This document shows positions 38,879 to 49,787 of a DNA stretch of 64,000 bases, one piece after another. The first letter of the stretch is position 1. Each line of letters starts with the position of its first letter. The position numbers and the translations under genes are program-made. The DNA lies in contig CAXGAI010000012.1 in NCBI GenBank assembly GCA_964007735.1, positions 1-64,000 of the forward strand. Reading direction: 5' to 3'. The notes under the pieces were generated by a model. That model had not been told where the DNA came from, ran no database searches, and worked only from the letters and a program-made list of their open reading frames with translations. The DNA is from an uncultured Rhodopirellula sp. (GTDB lineage Bacteria; Planctomycetota; Planctomycetia; Pirellulales; Pirellulaceae).

Positions 38879-39760
38879 ATGGCGAGTGAAAAGACAGATG
38901 CGATTATGATTCGCATTGTTGATTTCAGCGAATCGAGCTGCATTGCCACGATGTTTACTCGTGATTTCGGAAAAATTGGAGTGATGGTAAAGGGGGCACG
39001 ACGCCCTAAAAGTCCATTTGAGTCTGCTATTGACCTCCTAACCGAATCTCGAATAGTCTTCATCCACAAGTCCTCGGATTCCCTGGATTTACTGACGGAG
39101 GCAAAGCTGACGCGGCGTTTTCGTGTGGCGACACGCAGTTTGCCTCACTTGTATGCCGGTTATTACGTAGCCGAATTACTGGATGCATTAACTCATATTG
39201 GAGATCCACACCCCGATCTTTATGAGTTAACTCGTGAGACGGTGATTCAATTGGATGAATTACAAGATCCACTGAGTCTGGTTATTCGCTTTGAACTAAA
39301 CCTACTTCGATTGCTTGGTCAAAAACCATCTTTCGAGAATTGCACTTTGTGCGGTGGAGAAATTCCACAACAGCCACGAGTGCCGTTCGGACAGTTGTCC
39401 GGCGGCGTTTTGTGTGGCAAGTGTCGTGTAGGGCAGTCACGTGTGATCAGTTTGTCCTGGGGAGTGTTGGAAGCGATGAGATTGTTTTCGGTGAGCGATA
39501 CCTCCTTGCCGACGGTCGATCCCATGGTATTGGGAGAGCTTCGCGGAGTCCTTAACAACTATATGGCGAATATAATGGGCCGCCGCCCACGTATGCAAAA
39601 ACTACTAAGCATGCTGGGACGCCCCACCACAATTAGAGATGATGCATTGAGTTTGCTAAGGAAGGCAGAGGCTCAGGTATCGACAAAACAAGACACAACT
39701 AAGACTGATGAAATGGACAAGGATGTCCTTAATGAATCAACGTTTTCAGAAAACAACTAA
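38879..39760 (+). CDS. recO: DNA repair protein RecO
   Basis: FSESS..TMFTRDFGKI..MVKGARRPKS; CTLC and CGKC zinc finger. Confidence 0.93.
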   Translation: MASEKTDAIMIRIVDFSESSCIATMFTRDFGKIGVMVKGARRPKSPFESAIDLLTESRIVFIHKSSDSLDLLTEAKLTRRFRVATRSLPHLYAGYYVAELLDALTHIGDPHPDLYELTRETVIQLDELQDPLSLVIRFELNLLRLLGQKPSFENCTLCGGEIPQQPRVPFGQLSGGVLCGKCRVGQSRVISLSWGVLEAMRLFSVSDTSLPTVDPMVLGELRGVLNNYMANIMGRRPRMQKLLSMLGRPTTIRDDALSLLRKAEAQVSTKQDTTKTDEMDKDVLNESTFSENN

Positions 39761-41033
39761 TCTGTCGGAGAGACTAACAGTCGGAATCGTTCTGATTGTG
39801 TTGACGATGGTTGGATGTAAATCGGGCGAGAAAGTCACCGGAGACCAATTGCTTGGTCCGGGGAACCGGTATGGCGCCAGTTGGAATGGTAGTCAGGACG
39901 AATACGAGAAAGTTCGTCAGGTAAAGCCAAAGCTCGTAGCGTCTACCCCTACAGGAAAACGCAAAACCGTTGAAGAACGTTTTCTTGATGGACTAACACA
40001 ATCTGATCCGGAAATCCAAAAGGCGAAGCGGTATTTCTTCGAAGCGGAAAGTATTTACAACGATGCCGTACGCCTCAGGCAGAATGCCAACGGAAGTAAT
40101 TCTCAGATGCGGCAAGCCGGCGAATTATTCCTGCAGGCTGGTCGGCGTTATCAGCAGGCTGGAGAGTATTGGCCGGATTCTGCCTTGCACGAAGATTCCC
40201 AATTCATGGCTGCGGAGTGCTTCTTCTACATCGATTATTACAAACATGCCAATGTGCTTTATAAGGCAATGCTTAAGGAATATCCAAATACTCGTCACCT
40301 AGACAAAATCCAAGAGAAACGATTCCAAATAGCGAAATATTGGATCGAAGAAGATTTCAGAGACAAACAAGGTTTCTTCGACTTCAATTTTACCGACAAG
40401 TCGATGCCGTTTAATTCACGCTTCACGGAAGCCATTGCGACTCTCGACAATCTTCGACACAAAGATCCAACAAGTGATATGGCCGACGATGCCACAATGC
40501 TGGTTGCCGATTCCTACTTTAAGCGTGAACAGTACGAGAAGGCTCATATTACGCTTGATGATCTCGTTACGATTTTTCCGGAAAGTGAGCATCAATTTAT
40601 CGCAAACTACATGATGGTACAGTGTAAGTTTCTGCTCTATCGCGGACCGGATTATTCCGGTGTCTATTTGGATGAAGGGGAAGAGCAGATTCGGGATATT
40701 CGTCGTCAATTCCCTACCAAGTCTCGCCAGTACACGAAGCAGTTAGATAATTTTTCCCGCCAATTTCGTTATATGCAGGCAGAACGTCAATGGTGGGTGG
40801 CTCAGTTTTATGAGGGGAAAGAAGAATTCGGAGCAGCAAAATACTATTATCAGAAACTTGCTCAGGATTTCCCGGACACCCCTTTTGCGAGTCGATCGTT
40901 TACCCGCTATAACGATCTTAAAGGGTACCCCGACCGACCAGAAACGCCCGTGAAATGGCTAGTTGATTTGTTTCCCGAAAATGACAAAGTCAAACCTCTC
41001 ATTGCAAATGAGATGGGCGGTGGTCTCCGATAG
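39732..41033 (+). CDS. bamD: TPR lipoprotein, BamD-like
   Basis: Lipobox MVGC; TPR repeats (YPNT, FPES, FPDT); YRGPDY; AAKYYY; start uncertain. Confidence 0.75.
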   Translation: MNQRFQKTTNLSERLTVGIVLIVLTMVGCKSGEKVTGDQLLGPGNRYGASWNGSQDEYEKVRQVKPKLVASTPTGKRKTVEERFLDGLTQSDPEIQKAKRYFFEAESIYNDAVRLRQNANGSNSQMRQAGELFLQAGRRYQQAGEYWPDSALHEDSQFMAAECFFYIDYYKHANVLYKAMLKEYPNTRHLDKIQEKRFQIAKYWIEEDFRDKQGFFDFNFTDKSMPFNSRFTEAIATLDNLRHKDPTSDMADDATMLVADSYFKREQYEKAHITLDDLVTIFPESEHQFIANYMMVQCKFLLYRGPDYSGVYLDEGEEQIRDIRRQFPTKSRQYTKQLDNFSRQFRYMQAERQWWVAQFYEGKEEFGAAKYYYQKLAQDFPDTPFASRSFTRYNDLKGYPDRPETPVKWLVDLFPENDKVKPLIANEMGGGLR

Positions 41034-41077
41034 TGTTTTCGATTTTCGCTTTCAGGTTCGTAAGGGAGGGCATAATC

Positions 41078-41608
41078 ATGGTAAACAAAGTTCGGTTTGC
41101 CTTTGCATCTACCTGCCTTCTGTCGGTGTTACTGGTTGGCTGTACAGGCTACCAACTCGGAAATCAAAACCTGTTTCGGCCTGACATTCGAACGGTTCAT
41201 GTACCCATCGTCCAGTCGGAAAGTTTTCGCCGTGGTCTTGGTGAAAGATTGACTGAATCGATGGTGAAGGAAATCGAACTGCGAACACCCTATAAAGTTG
41301 TGGATGCCAGTCAGGCCGACAGTATCTTTCAAGCTCGCATTGTTGATGAGCACAAACGTGTTATTGCTGAGAATCAGTTTGATGAAGCTCGAGATATTGA
41401 AGCTCAGATGATTGTTGAGGTTTCCTGGCTTGATCGGCAGGGCCAGCAATTGATTCAACGTACAGAAATCCCGATCGACGAAGGGATTTATATCGCTCAA
41501 TCCGCTTCGTTTGTACCTGAAGGAGGCCAGTCATTGATCACGGCCCAACAGGAAGTTATGCAGAAACTGGCATCTCAGATTGTTGCTCAGATGGAGCTTC
41601 CCTGGTAA
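41078..41608 (+). CDS. lptE: LPS assembly lipoprotein LptE-like
   Basis: Lipobox LVGC followed by GYQLG; IRTVHVP; LASQIV...W terminus. Confidence 0.8.
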   Translation: MVNKVRFAFASTCLLSVLLVGCTGYQLGNQNLFRPDIRTVHVPIVQSESFRRGLGERLTESMVKEIELRTPYKVVDASQADSIFQARIVDEHKRVIAENQFDEARDIEAQMIVEVSWLDRQGQQLIQRTEIPIDEGIYIAQSASFVPEGGQSLITAQQEVMQKLASQIVAQMELPW

Positions 41609-41651
41609 CCAAGAGCCTCGCCTATTGGGTTTAGGTAATTCTCAGATCATA

Positions 41652-42530
41652 ATGGCGAGTATGACTAATACGATAAGAAGCGATGGCTGGACTCTACGTA
41701 CGAAGCGTCTTTCCTTTGGATCACGTCCGGTGATCATGGGAATTGTGAATGTGACGCCAGATAGTTTTTCAGATGGCGGTAAATTCTTTGACCCGCAGAC
41801 TGCGGTCGAGCATGGATTGCAACTGGTACAAGATGGCGCCGGTATTTTAGATATTGGCGGTGAAAGCACCAGACCGTATTCTGACTCGGTGCCAGTTCGG
41901 GATGAACTTGCCCGAGTCATCCCGGTTATTGAGAAACTGGCTGCTTCGACAGATGTGCCGATATCGATCGATACGTCGAAAGCCATAGTCGCTCGTGAAG
42001 CAGTGGCGGCCGGCGCCGAAATTATTAATGATGTGACGGGCCTTGAAGGGGATCCTGAGATGCTCTCAGTGGCGCAACAGGCTCAGGCTGGAATTTGCGC
42101 TATGCACATGCAAGGTACGCCCCAGACGATGCAGGACGCCCCGACCTATGATGATGTTGTCGAAGATATCTTCAGATATTTACAAGCTCGACGTGACGCC
42201 TTGCTGAGTGCCGGAATTGCGCAGGAACGCATTTGTTTGGATCCTGGAATTGGTTTTGGTAAGACACACGAGCATAACCTGCAGTTACTGCAGTCCAGCG
42301 ATCGCTTCCACCAATTGGGGTGCCCCGTTTTGGTTGGACATTCTCGCAAAGGCTTTATTGCTCACCTTCTGGATGATCGTGAGTGTGAACGTATGAGTGG
42401 AACGGTTGGAGCAGCACTCGGGCTGGCCACGCAGGGTATTCAGATCATTCGAGTGCACGATGTGGCTGAATTGAATCGGGCATTGATTCTTTTTCAGCAG
42501 ACATTCCCGGACGGGAAATTGAGCCGTTGA
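41652..42530 (+). CDS. folP: Dihydropteroate synthase
   Basis: MGIVNVTPDSFSDGG, DIGGESTRP, DPGIGFGK, SRK, RVHDV. Confidence 0.97.
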   Translation: MASMTNTIRSDGWTLRTKRLSFGSRPVIMGIVNVTPDSFSDGGKFFDPQTAVEHGLQLVQDGAGILDIGGESTRPYSDSVPVRDELARVIPVIEKLAASTDVPISIDTSKAIVAREAVAAGAEIINDVTGLEGDPEMLSVAQQAQAGICAMHMQGTPQTMQDAPTYDDVVEDIFRYLQARRDALLSAGIAQERICLDPGIGFGKTHEHNLQLLQSSDRFHQLGCPVLVGHSRKGFIAHLLDDRECERMSGTVGAALGLATQGIQIIRVHDVAELNRALILFQQTFPDGKLSR

Positions 42531-42661
42531 CGCTTTTGCTTGTTTGAATGAAAATTCGAAGAGAGAGAGTTTAGTGCCGAAGTATCGGAATGGATGGCAT
42601 TTGGATATGTCTTTGGAACCAACAAACTTAAACAACTCACCACTGATGAAGGCAGACTATT

Positions 42662-43933
42662 ATGTCGACTCCTGAACAGGATCTGGCTCAGTATTGTCGA
42701 GTAGTTGCAGAAAACGCTCGTCAAGCATCTTCCCAATTACAGCTTTGTTCCGGCGCATTGAAGAATCGCTGGCTTTATGAAAGTGCAGCAGCACTTCGTA
42801 ACGGAGTGTCATCCATTCTGGAGGCGAATGCGAAAGATATTCAAAAGGCACCGGAATACGGTCTGACAGATGCTCAGATTGATCGTCTGGTACTAAATGA
42901 GGAGCGAGTTGGAGGGATTGCAGCCGCCTTGGAGCAAATTGCGATGCTACCTGATCCGATCGGAGAAACCATTCAAGGATCGGTCCGCCCAAATGGGTTG
43001 GAGATTAATAAAATACGGGTCCCTCTGGGAGTCGTGTTTTTTATCTATGAGTCACGACCGAACGTGACGGCTGATGCAGCCGCGATTTGTTTGAAGAGTG
43101 GTAATGCTGTTATTCTTCGTGGTGGTAAGGAAGCTGCATATTCCAGCAGAGCGATTGTCGACATTCTGATGCAAGTCGCCACCCAGGTGGGGATTCCTGA
43201 AAACGCTGTACAGCTCGTAGCTACAACCGACCGGGAAGCGGTCGGCCATTTCCTCCAACTGGACGAATTGATTGATGTGGCGATTCCTCGTGGAGGCGAA
43301 GGTTTAATTCGACGAGTATCTGCCGAGGCTACCATGCCCGTGATTAAGCACTTTGATGGTAATTGTCATGTTTACATCGACAAAGATGCCTGCCTGGAAA
43401 TGGCAACAGCGATTGCCGTGAATTCCAAATGTCAGCGTATGGGCGTTTGTAATGCCTGTGAGTCACTGGTGATTCATCGTGCCGTTGCGGAACCAGCCCT
43501 TCAACAAGTGGTTGGGGCATTGATGGAGCAGGGCATCGCGATTCATGGTGATGAAACGACTTGTAGCGTGCTGAAGTCTGCCATTCCCGCGACGGAGCAA
43601 GACTATGGGACAGAGTATCTCGGTCCGGCCATTTCCGTCCGAGTGGTCGATGATGTTGATAGTGCAATCGAACACATAAATCGTTATAGTTCTCGTCATA
43701 CCGAAGCAATCGTCACTTCCAACATTGTGACCGCGCGGAAGTTTGTCGCTGCCATCGATAGTTCAGCTGTCATGATTAATGCCAGCACTCGATTTAACGA
43801 TGGTGGAGAATTTGGACTGGGAGCTGAAATTGGAATCAGTACCGATAAATTTCATGCTCGTGGACCTTGCGGCCTGGAAGAGTTAACTAGTTATAAGTAC
43901 ATTGTGACCGGCAATGGTCAGATTCGAGGCTGA
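42662..43933 (+). CDS. proA: Gamma-glutamyl phosphate reductase
   Basis: [37 protein letters not shown]. Confidence 0.97.
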   Translation: MSTPEQDLAQYCRVVAENARQASSQLQLCSGALKNRWLYESAAALRNGVSSILEANAKDIQKAPEYGLTDAQIDRLVLNEERVGGIAAALEQIAMLPDPIGETIQGSVRPNGLEINKIRVPLGVVFFIYESRPNVTADAAAICLKSGNAVILRGGKEAAYSSRAIVDILMQVATQVGIPENAVQLVATTDREAVGHFLQLDELIDVAIPRGGEGLIRRVSAEATMPVIKHFDGNCHVYIDKDACLEMATAIAVNSKCQRMGVCNACESLVIHRAVAEPALQQVVGALMEQGIAIHGDETTCSVLKSAIPATEQDYGTEYLGPAISVRVVDDVDSAIEHINRYSSRHTEAIVTSNIVTARKFVAAIDSSAVMINASTRFNDGGEFGLGAEIGISTDKFHARGPCGLEELTSYKYIVTGNGQIRG

Positions 43934-43971
43934 GCGTTTCGTAGGTTCGGTTTTGTCAGGGATGGATTACT

Positions 43972-44787
43972 ATGCAGGATGCAGTGAGACCAGAAGATAA
44001 GCCCTTGAATTATGAAGTCTCCGGAGGACTTAGCCGGATCTTCGCGGAAACAGCGGAAACCTTGTCTGCTCTTTGGAGTGAACAGTTTGGTGTCGAAGTC
44101 GATCTGGGATTGGAACCCGGGAAAGTTCGAACCTTTCGACAATTTGCTTATGCCCAGCACCCCCCCTTCAACCTGGCGCAGATTCGTAATCGTACCGATC
44201 ATACCAGTTGGTGGTTGTCCATTCCGTCGTCCTCCGCTTCAGTACTTCTGGACCTGCTACTAGGTTCTACACGTGTCGATTGGGAGCCTCTGGCTCGATC
44301 ACTTAATAGTGTCGAAACGGAGATTCTCATGTCACTCCTGCAGCAGTTAGGTGAGTCATTGGAGGCTCATTGGCGACCGGTAACCGAATTAAGCTTGTCC
44401 GTTTTTCAGTGGTATCATGAATTGTCGGAGGTCGAAATTGACCTGCAGGACTTGCTCGATGTGGAGGTGGTTTGTCTGAAATGGCGACTTACCAGCGGGC
44501 AACATCAGTCGCATTTAAGTATGTGTTTGCCAGTTAATTTCATTCTGGCCTGGTCGAAGAAATTAGTGCAGCATCACTACGGTGAATTACCCTTAGAGCC
44601 TCATCATCAAGCCACAGTGCAGCTAGAGGTGGAAGCGGTCAATCTGGCAGACCTTCAGGTTGGTCAAGTGTTTGAAACCGGACATTCACTGGATAGCCCG
44701 CTTACGTTGGAACTATCAAACGGTGATGTCCATCAGGTCAAGCTAGGTGCTCAGGAAGGAATGAAGGCGATTCAGATCGTCGAGTAG
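43972..44787 (+). CDS. Divergent FliM-like protein (CheC-like middle domain plus SpoA C-terminal domain)
   Basis: LLDLLLG...RSLNSVETEI; LEAHWRPV; LSMCLP; LADLQVGQV...KLGAQEGMKAIQI. Confidence 0.6.
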   Translation: MQDAVRPEDKPLNYEVSGGLSRIFAETAETLSALWSEQFGVEVDLGLEPGKVRTFRQFAYAQHPPFNLAQIRNRTDHTSWWLSIPSSSASVLLDLLLGSTRVDWEPLARSLNSVETEILMSLLQQLGESLEAHWRPVTELSLSVFQWYHELSEVEIDLQDLLDVEVVCLKWRLTSGQHQSHLSMCLPVNFILAWSKKLVQHHYGELPLEPHHQATVQLEVEAVNLADLQVGQVFETGHSLDSPLTLELSNGDVHQVKLGAQEGMKAIQIVE

Positions 44788-44811
44788 CACGGATGGCCGT
44801 TTGGCTTTGCG

Positions 44812-46608
44812 TTAGACACTTGAAGATTTAAGTGGAGGAAGAGCTTGTTCCAGCACACCACGACTACGTGGCAAAAGTAATAAGCCTTCAAAGATCATCC
44901 ATACCTGCAAGCATAGCGTCCCTATACCGATAAAACCTAACAGATAATTTTTATTGTCTGCTGAAGCCAACCAACCGGTCTCTCCGTTAAATAACTGCCA
45001 GCTTAAAGCCCATGCGGGCATGATCAGCATAATAGCCATCGGAATGGCAACAAACCAAATTGGTTTATTACGACGCCAGAGATAAAAGACGATCACCATG
45101 AAAGCTAGGCCTGCTAGTAACTGATTGGTAGCTCCGAAGAGCGGCCATAGCAGAAGTCCTCCCGTCCCCATCGCTCCGGATGGTCCGGGAATCATCGCCA
45201 TAGCCCCTCCCAGAATGACCGCAAAACTAGTCGCAAGATACTTGTTTTTGAGCGGTTCAATGCTCATAGTTGATCCGATTTCCTGAACAACATAGCGTTG
45301 CAGGCGAGTGGCGGTGTCCAGAGTCGTGGCAGCAAAGCTGGCAACGAGCACGGCAACAATACCGAGAGCCATTTCGATGGGGATTCCGAGCGCATTAATA
45401 AAGTTTGCACCTCCGTCGACAAAAGCTGCGACCTTTTGAGTCAGGCCAAAACCTGCCCAGGAACCATTCGCATCATATTTTGTATGCCAGGCGTCGAGTC
45501 CGGTTAAGGTGATTTCCTCGGCTCCTTCTCCTACATTCACGCCCATCCCAATCCCTGCACAACAGGCGAGAATTACAATCACAGCTAGAGCGCCTTCGAG
45601 TAGCATCGCTCCGTAACCAACGTATTGAGCATCTGCCTCGGATTCTAATTGCTTGCTGGATGTACCACTACTCACTAAGCAGTGAAATCCGCTAACGGCA
45701 CCACAGGCTATGGTGATGAAAAGGAATGGCCAGATTGGAGGAGCACCCACCGGCAGATTTTCTGCAACGGCAGGTGCACTTTTTACGATATTTGCTTGTC
45801 CGGTGAAACAAGCAACTAAAAGTCCTCCTACCAGTAATATTAGGGCAAGCATTAGCTGATGGCTGTTGATGTAGTCTCTGGGTTGTAACAACGTCCATAC
45901 GGGAAGAATGGATGCGATAAAGCAGTAGAGCATCAGGATGCATGTCCAAATGACGACGGCACTTTCGCCGAATGGTGAGATTGGAAGATGGTAAACACCG
46001 ATGTAGATGCAGAGGTATAGGATACCTAGTGCAATTAGCGAGGGAACCAGCAGCCCACCTCCTTGCTTATAGACGTGATATCCAATCAGAACGGCGATCG
46101 GGATTTCAATCCAAACGGATAAAACTGCTTGTGGGTATTTAGCGAAGATGACGGCAATGACTAATCCGAAGATGGCTAAGACCACAGTTAATGCAGCGAA
46201 CAGAATTAGTAGAAACAGTAATCTGGCTCGGGGACTAATCAGACGCCCCGCTATTTCTCCTACCGTTTGCCCGCGATTTCTCAGCGAGACGACCAACGCT
46301 CCAAAATCATGGACGGCTCCGATAAAAATCGAGCCCACTACGACCCAGATCAGTGCTGGCAGCCAGCCCCAAAAGACGGCGATCGCCGGTCCGACAATGG
46401 GCCCTGTGCCTGCTATAGAGGTGAAATGATGGCCAAAAATGACTTCTTTCTTTGTGGGAACATAGTCCACCCCGTCTTCTAGCTCAGCCGACGGTACTTT
46501 TGCCTGCGGATCGACCCCAAAAATCTTGTTAGCCAGCCATTTCCCATACGTGTGGTAAGCCACAATAAAACCAACGAATGAGCCAACGGCGATGAGTAAT
46601 GTTTCCAT
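44812..46608 (-). CDS. cstA: Carbon starvation protein A family transporter
   Basis: DGVDYVPT, GHHFTSIAGTGPIVGP, TIACGAVSGFH, TTLDTATRL, WPLFGATNQLLA. Confidence 0.96.
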   Translation of the reverse strand: METLLIAVGSFVGFIVAYHTYGKWLANKIFGVDPQAKVPSAELEDGVDYVPTKKEVIFGHHFTSIAGTGPIVGPAIAVFWGWLPALIWVVVGSIFIGAVHDFGALVVSLRNRGQTVGEIAGRLISPRARLLFLLILFAALTVVLAIFGLVIAVIFAKYPQAVLSVWIEIPIAVLIGYHVYKQGGGLLVPSLIALGILYLCIYIGVYHLPISPFGESAVVIWTCILMLYCFIASILPVWTLLQPRDYINSHQLMLALILLVGGLLVACFTGQANIVKSAPAVAENLPVGAPPIWPFLFITIACGAVSGFHCLVSSGTSSKQLESEADAQYVGYGAMLLEGALAVIVILACCAGIGMGVNVGEGAEEITLTGLDAWHTKYDANGSWAGFGLTQKVAAFVDGGANFINALGIPIEMALGIVAVLVASFAATTLDTATRLQRYVVQEIGSTMSIEPLKNKYLATSFAVILGGAMAMIPGPSGAMGTGGLLLWPLFGATNQLLAGLAFMVIVFYLWRRNKPIWFVAIPMAIMLIMPAWALSWQLFNGETGWLASADNKNYLLGFIGIGTLCLQVWMIFEGLLLLPRSRGVLEQALPPLKSSSV

Positions 46609-46894
46609 GAGATTCCGGAGGAGACTTGGGGTTACAGGGCAAAAAATCTGAAGATTCTGAGGGGATGAGAGCCTTTAAGCACACAAGGAAATACGAGATT
46701 TGCTCCTTGAACATCACCGTTCACGGCATTTTAGCAGAATCTAAGTTTCTGTGCCGTTCAGCTACTTCACTCTTACCCTCGAAAACTCCTATAATAAGCT
46801 CTTTCATATTCATGATTTTTTTACACACCTATGCTTGAGCAACTCGACGAATTGCCAGCACTTGTGTTTTTTAGCCTACAGAAGGATTCTTACA

Positions 46895-47941
46895 TTGGCC
46901 GAACACGTTGTCATCATTGGCAGTGGTCCAGCAGGATGGACATCTGCAATTTATGCTTCCCGCGCCAGCCTTAAGCCGTTGGTATTTGAGGGAGCGGTAA
47001 CTGAAGAAAACAGACTGCAAGGTACACTTCCACTTGGTCAGTTAGCATTGACCACAGAGGTTGAGAACTATCCGGGATTCCCATCGGGTAATCTCGAGTC
47101 TTATCTGGACGACTCGATGGAGAAGTCACGTCGTCAGTATATGGCTCCGCATATGAAAGAGGGAGTCAGCGGTCCTGAATTAATGGAATTGATGCGCCAA
47201 CAGGCGCTCAACTTTGGGACCCGGGTGATCACCGATGATATTATCGAAGTTGATTTCGATGTACGTCCTTTCAAATTGACCGCTCGCAGCGGCGATGTAG
47301 TCGAAGCTCATACTATTATAATTGCGACCGGAGCCAGAGCGAATTATCTTGGTCTCGAATCAGAAGAGAACTTTAAGAATCGAGGTGTTAGTGCCTGTGC
47401 TGTGTGTGATGGTGCCCTTCCTCGCTTTCGTGATAAGCCGGTGATTGTTATCGGTGGTGGAGACTCAGCAGTGGAAGAAGCTGATTACTTAGCAAAGTTT
47501 TCTTCCAAAGTAATGCTGGTTCATCGACGTGATGAGTTGCGAGCTTCCAAGATCATGGCGCAACGGGCTATTGATAACCCAAAGATTGATATCATCTGGA
47601 ATTCCCAGTGTGTGGAAGTGCTTGGGGATGACGCGACCGGAGTCACCGGAGCTCGTTTACAAAGTACCGTGGATGATTCAGTTCAGGAAGTTGAAGCAAC
47701 AGGTTTCTTCGTTGCCATTGGGCATACACCGAATACAAATTTCCTGAATGGTGCTCTCGAGACGAATGAGAAGGGTTATCTAGTGTGGACCAAATCTCAC
47801 CGCACCAATACCAGCGTGGAAGGCGTCTTCGCCGCCGGTGATGTGGCTGATGACTACTATCGACAGGCTGTTACGGCTGCGGGTACTGGTTGTCAGGCAG
47901 CCCTAGACGCTGAACGTTATTTGGCAAGCCAGGGACTGTAA
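46895..47941 (+). CDS. trxB: Thioredoxin reductase
   Basis: GSGPAG, ENYPGFP, CAVC redox motif, GGGDSA, HRRD, FAAGDV; likely TTG start. Confidence 0.96.
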   Translation: MAEHVVIIGSGPAGWTSAIYASRASLKPLVFEGAVTEENRLQGTLPLGQLALTTEVENYPGFPSGNLESYLDDSMEKSRRQYMAPHMKEGVSGPELMELMRQQALNFGTRVITDDIIEVDFDVRPFKLTARSGDVVEAHTIIIATGARANYLGLESEENFKNRGVSACAVCDGALPRFRDKPVIVIGGGDSAVEEADYLAKFSSKVMLVHRRDELRASKIMAQRAIDNPKIDIIWNSQCVEVLGDDATGVTGARLQSTVDDSVQEVEATGFFVAIGHTPNTNFLNGALETNEKGYLVWTKSHRTNTSVEGVFAAGDVADDYYRQAVTAAGTGCQAALDAERYLASQGL

Positions 47942-48007
47942 CCAGGCGAGTAAAACACCCAAAACTGATTCCGTCAGTTTGAAATATCCAACTTCGGAGT
48001 GAACAAA

Positions 48008-49738
48008 ATGAGTGACCAAGTCGCTAAGAACAGAGAGATGATTGTAAAGGCCCAGCAAGAAGGCCTTGGCTCGACGCTTGTGGCCTATACGAAGCTTTCC
48101 GGCCCGGGTTGGTTGCAAAGTGCAATCACACTTGGCGGGGGCTCATTGTCCGGAGCATTGTTTCTAGGCATCCTAACAGGAACCAACCTTCTGTGGGTGC
48201 AGTTAATTATGATCGTCATGGGTGTGATTATGCTGTCGGCAATTAGTCACGTCACCTTGTCGACCGGCAAAAAACCTTTTCAGGAAATTAATAACCACGT
48301 AAACCCGGTGCTAGGTTGGGGGTGGTTGGTTGCTACCTGTGCAGCCAATATGTTGTGGTGTATGCCCCAGTTCAGTCTGAGCTTTGCGGCATTAAATAAG
48401 AACCTCGCGCCACGTTTGGTTGTGGATACGATGACCGGGAAAATGGCGGTGTCTGCGGTGCTTTTGCTAGCCGCCAGTTTTGTTCTCTATTTAAACAATA
48501 AAGAAGGCCGGGCTGCCAAAGCCTTTGATCTCATTCTGAAGGGCATGGTTGCGATTGTGGTAATCTCATTCTTCGCAGCCGTGATGATCATGTCTGGCAA
48601 TGGAAGCGTTGATTGGGGAGGAGTTTTTGCCGGCTTCATCCCGGATTTGAGCCAGTGGTCGCAGCCTACCGGCGAGTTGGCAGCTTTGATTACAGGCCTT
48701 GGTGGCGATGCGGCGGACTTTTGGAATGACAAGATTGTTGCTCAGCAGCGTGACGTGATTATCGGAGCAGCTGCAACGGCCGTTGGGATCAATATGACGT
48801 TTCTCTTGCCTTACTCGATGCTTGCCCGCGGGTGGGATAAGCCGTTTCGTGGGATGGCAAAATTCGATCTGTCGACAGGCATGGTGATTCCTTATTTGCT
48901 CGTGACGACATGTGTTGTGATTGCGTCGGCGACGATGTTCCATGCCGGCGGTCAGGATTTTGAGACAACGCGGCTTGCAAGTTCTGACATCACAGTAATG
49001 AGTCAGAGTGAGTATTTTAAGGCTGTTACACCGACATTAACGGATCGTCTGGGTAAGGCAGCAAACGGGCTGAGTGAAGAAGAATTGCATGCAAAGATTG
49101 CTGCGATGCCGATGGCTGAAAAACAGCTGGCCTCTTCGTTAGTGAAGCGTAATGCTTTCCAACTCTCCAGTGCTTTGGCTCCAATCTTCGGTGAAGGAAA
49201 GGCGGGGAAAGATAAAGCGAGTTTAATCTTTGGTATTGGTGTACTTGGCATGGGGTTTTCGACCATTATTATTCTGATGCTGATCAATGGTTATGCATTC
49301 TGTGAAATGTTCAATGTTGAGCAGGGGAGTAGTATGCATATGATTGGCTGTTTGGTCTCCGGTGTGTGTGGTGCTATCTGGCCGTTAGTTTGGGACGGCC
49401 CGGCAAAGTTGTGGCTGGCGATTGCCGTATCCAGTTTTGGGTTCATCTTGTTGCCGATTGCGTATACAACCTTCTTGATGATGATGAACAATAAGAAGAT
49501 TATGGGGGATGAACGACCTGAAGGTGGGCGTCGCATATTGTGGAATATCCTGATGGGAGTATCCTGCATTGTTGTGGTTGTTGCTGTAATTGCTACGATC
49601 TATCAAAAAGTAGGTGATGAGAAAACTGGTACGTTCGTACTAGGGATGGTCGTGGTTTATGTGATTGCCGTGATTTTCGGTTTTGTAATGAAGAAGCCAG
49701 CCCCAATTGAGGCGGCTACAGAAGCTGTGAACGAATAA
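48008..49738 (+). CDS. Nramp-like / divalent metal cation transporter family membrane protein
   Basis: GPGWLQSAITLGGGS first-TM motif; ATAVGINMTFL; about 11-12 TM helices; lacks the canonical DPGN. Confidence 0.7.
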   Translation: MSDQVAKNREMIVKAQQEGLGSTLVAYTKLSGPGWLQSAITLGGGSLSGALFLGILTGTNLLWVQLIMIVMGVIMLSAISHVTLSTGKKPFQEINNHVNPVLGWGWLVATCAANMLWCMPQFSLSFAALNKNLAPRLVVDTMTGKMAVSAVLLLAASFVLYLNNKEGRAAKAFDLILKGMVAIVVISFFAAVMIMSGNGSVDWGGVFAGFIPDLSQWSQPTGELAALITGLGGDAADFWNDKIVAQQRDVIIGAAATAVGINMTFLLPYSMLARGWDKPFRGMAKFDLSTGMVIPYLLVTTCVVIASATMFHAGGQDFETTRLASSDITVMSQSEYFKAVTPTLTDRLGKAANGLSEEELHAKIAAMPMAEKQLASSLVKRNAFQLSSALAPIFGEGKAGKDKASLIFGIGVLGMGFSTIIILMLINGYAFCEMFNVEQGSSMHMIGCLVSGVCGAIWPLVWDGPAKLWLAIAVSSFGFILLPIAYTTFLMMMNNKKIMGDERPEGGRRILWNILMGVSCIVVVVAVIATIYQKVGDEKTGTFVLGMVVVYVIAVIFGFVMKKPAPIEAATEAVNE

Positions 49739-49787
49739 TTCTTCGTTCGCTGTCATGTATTAGTTTGTAAGTAACAAGGAGGGAGCC

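Noticed and set aside
42662..43933. proA without proB
   Set aside because: Unlinked proA and proB are common; nothing to infer from one window.
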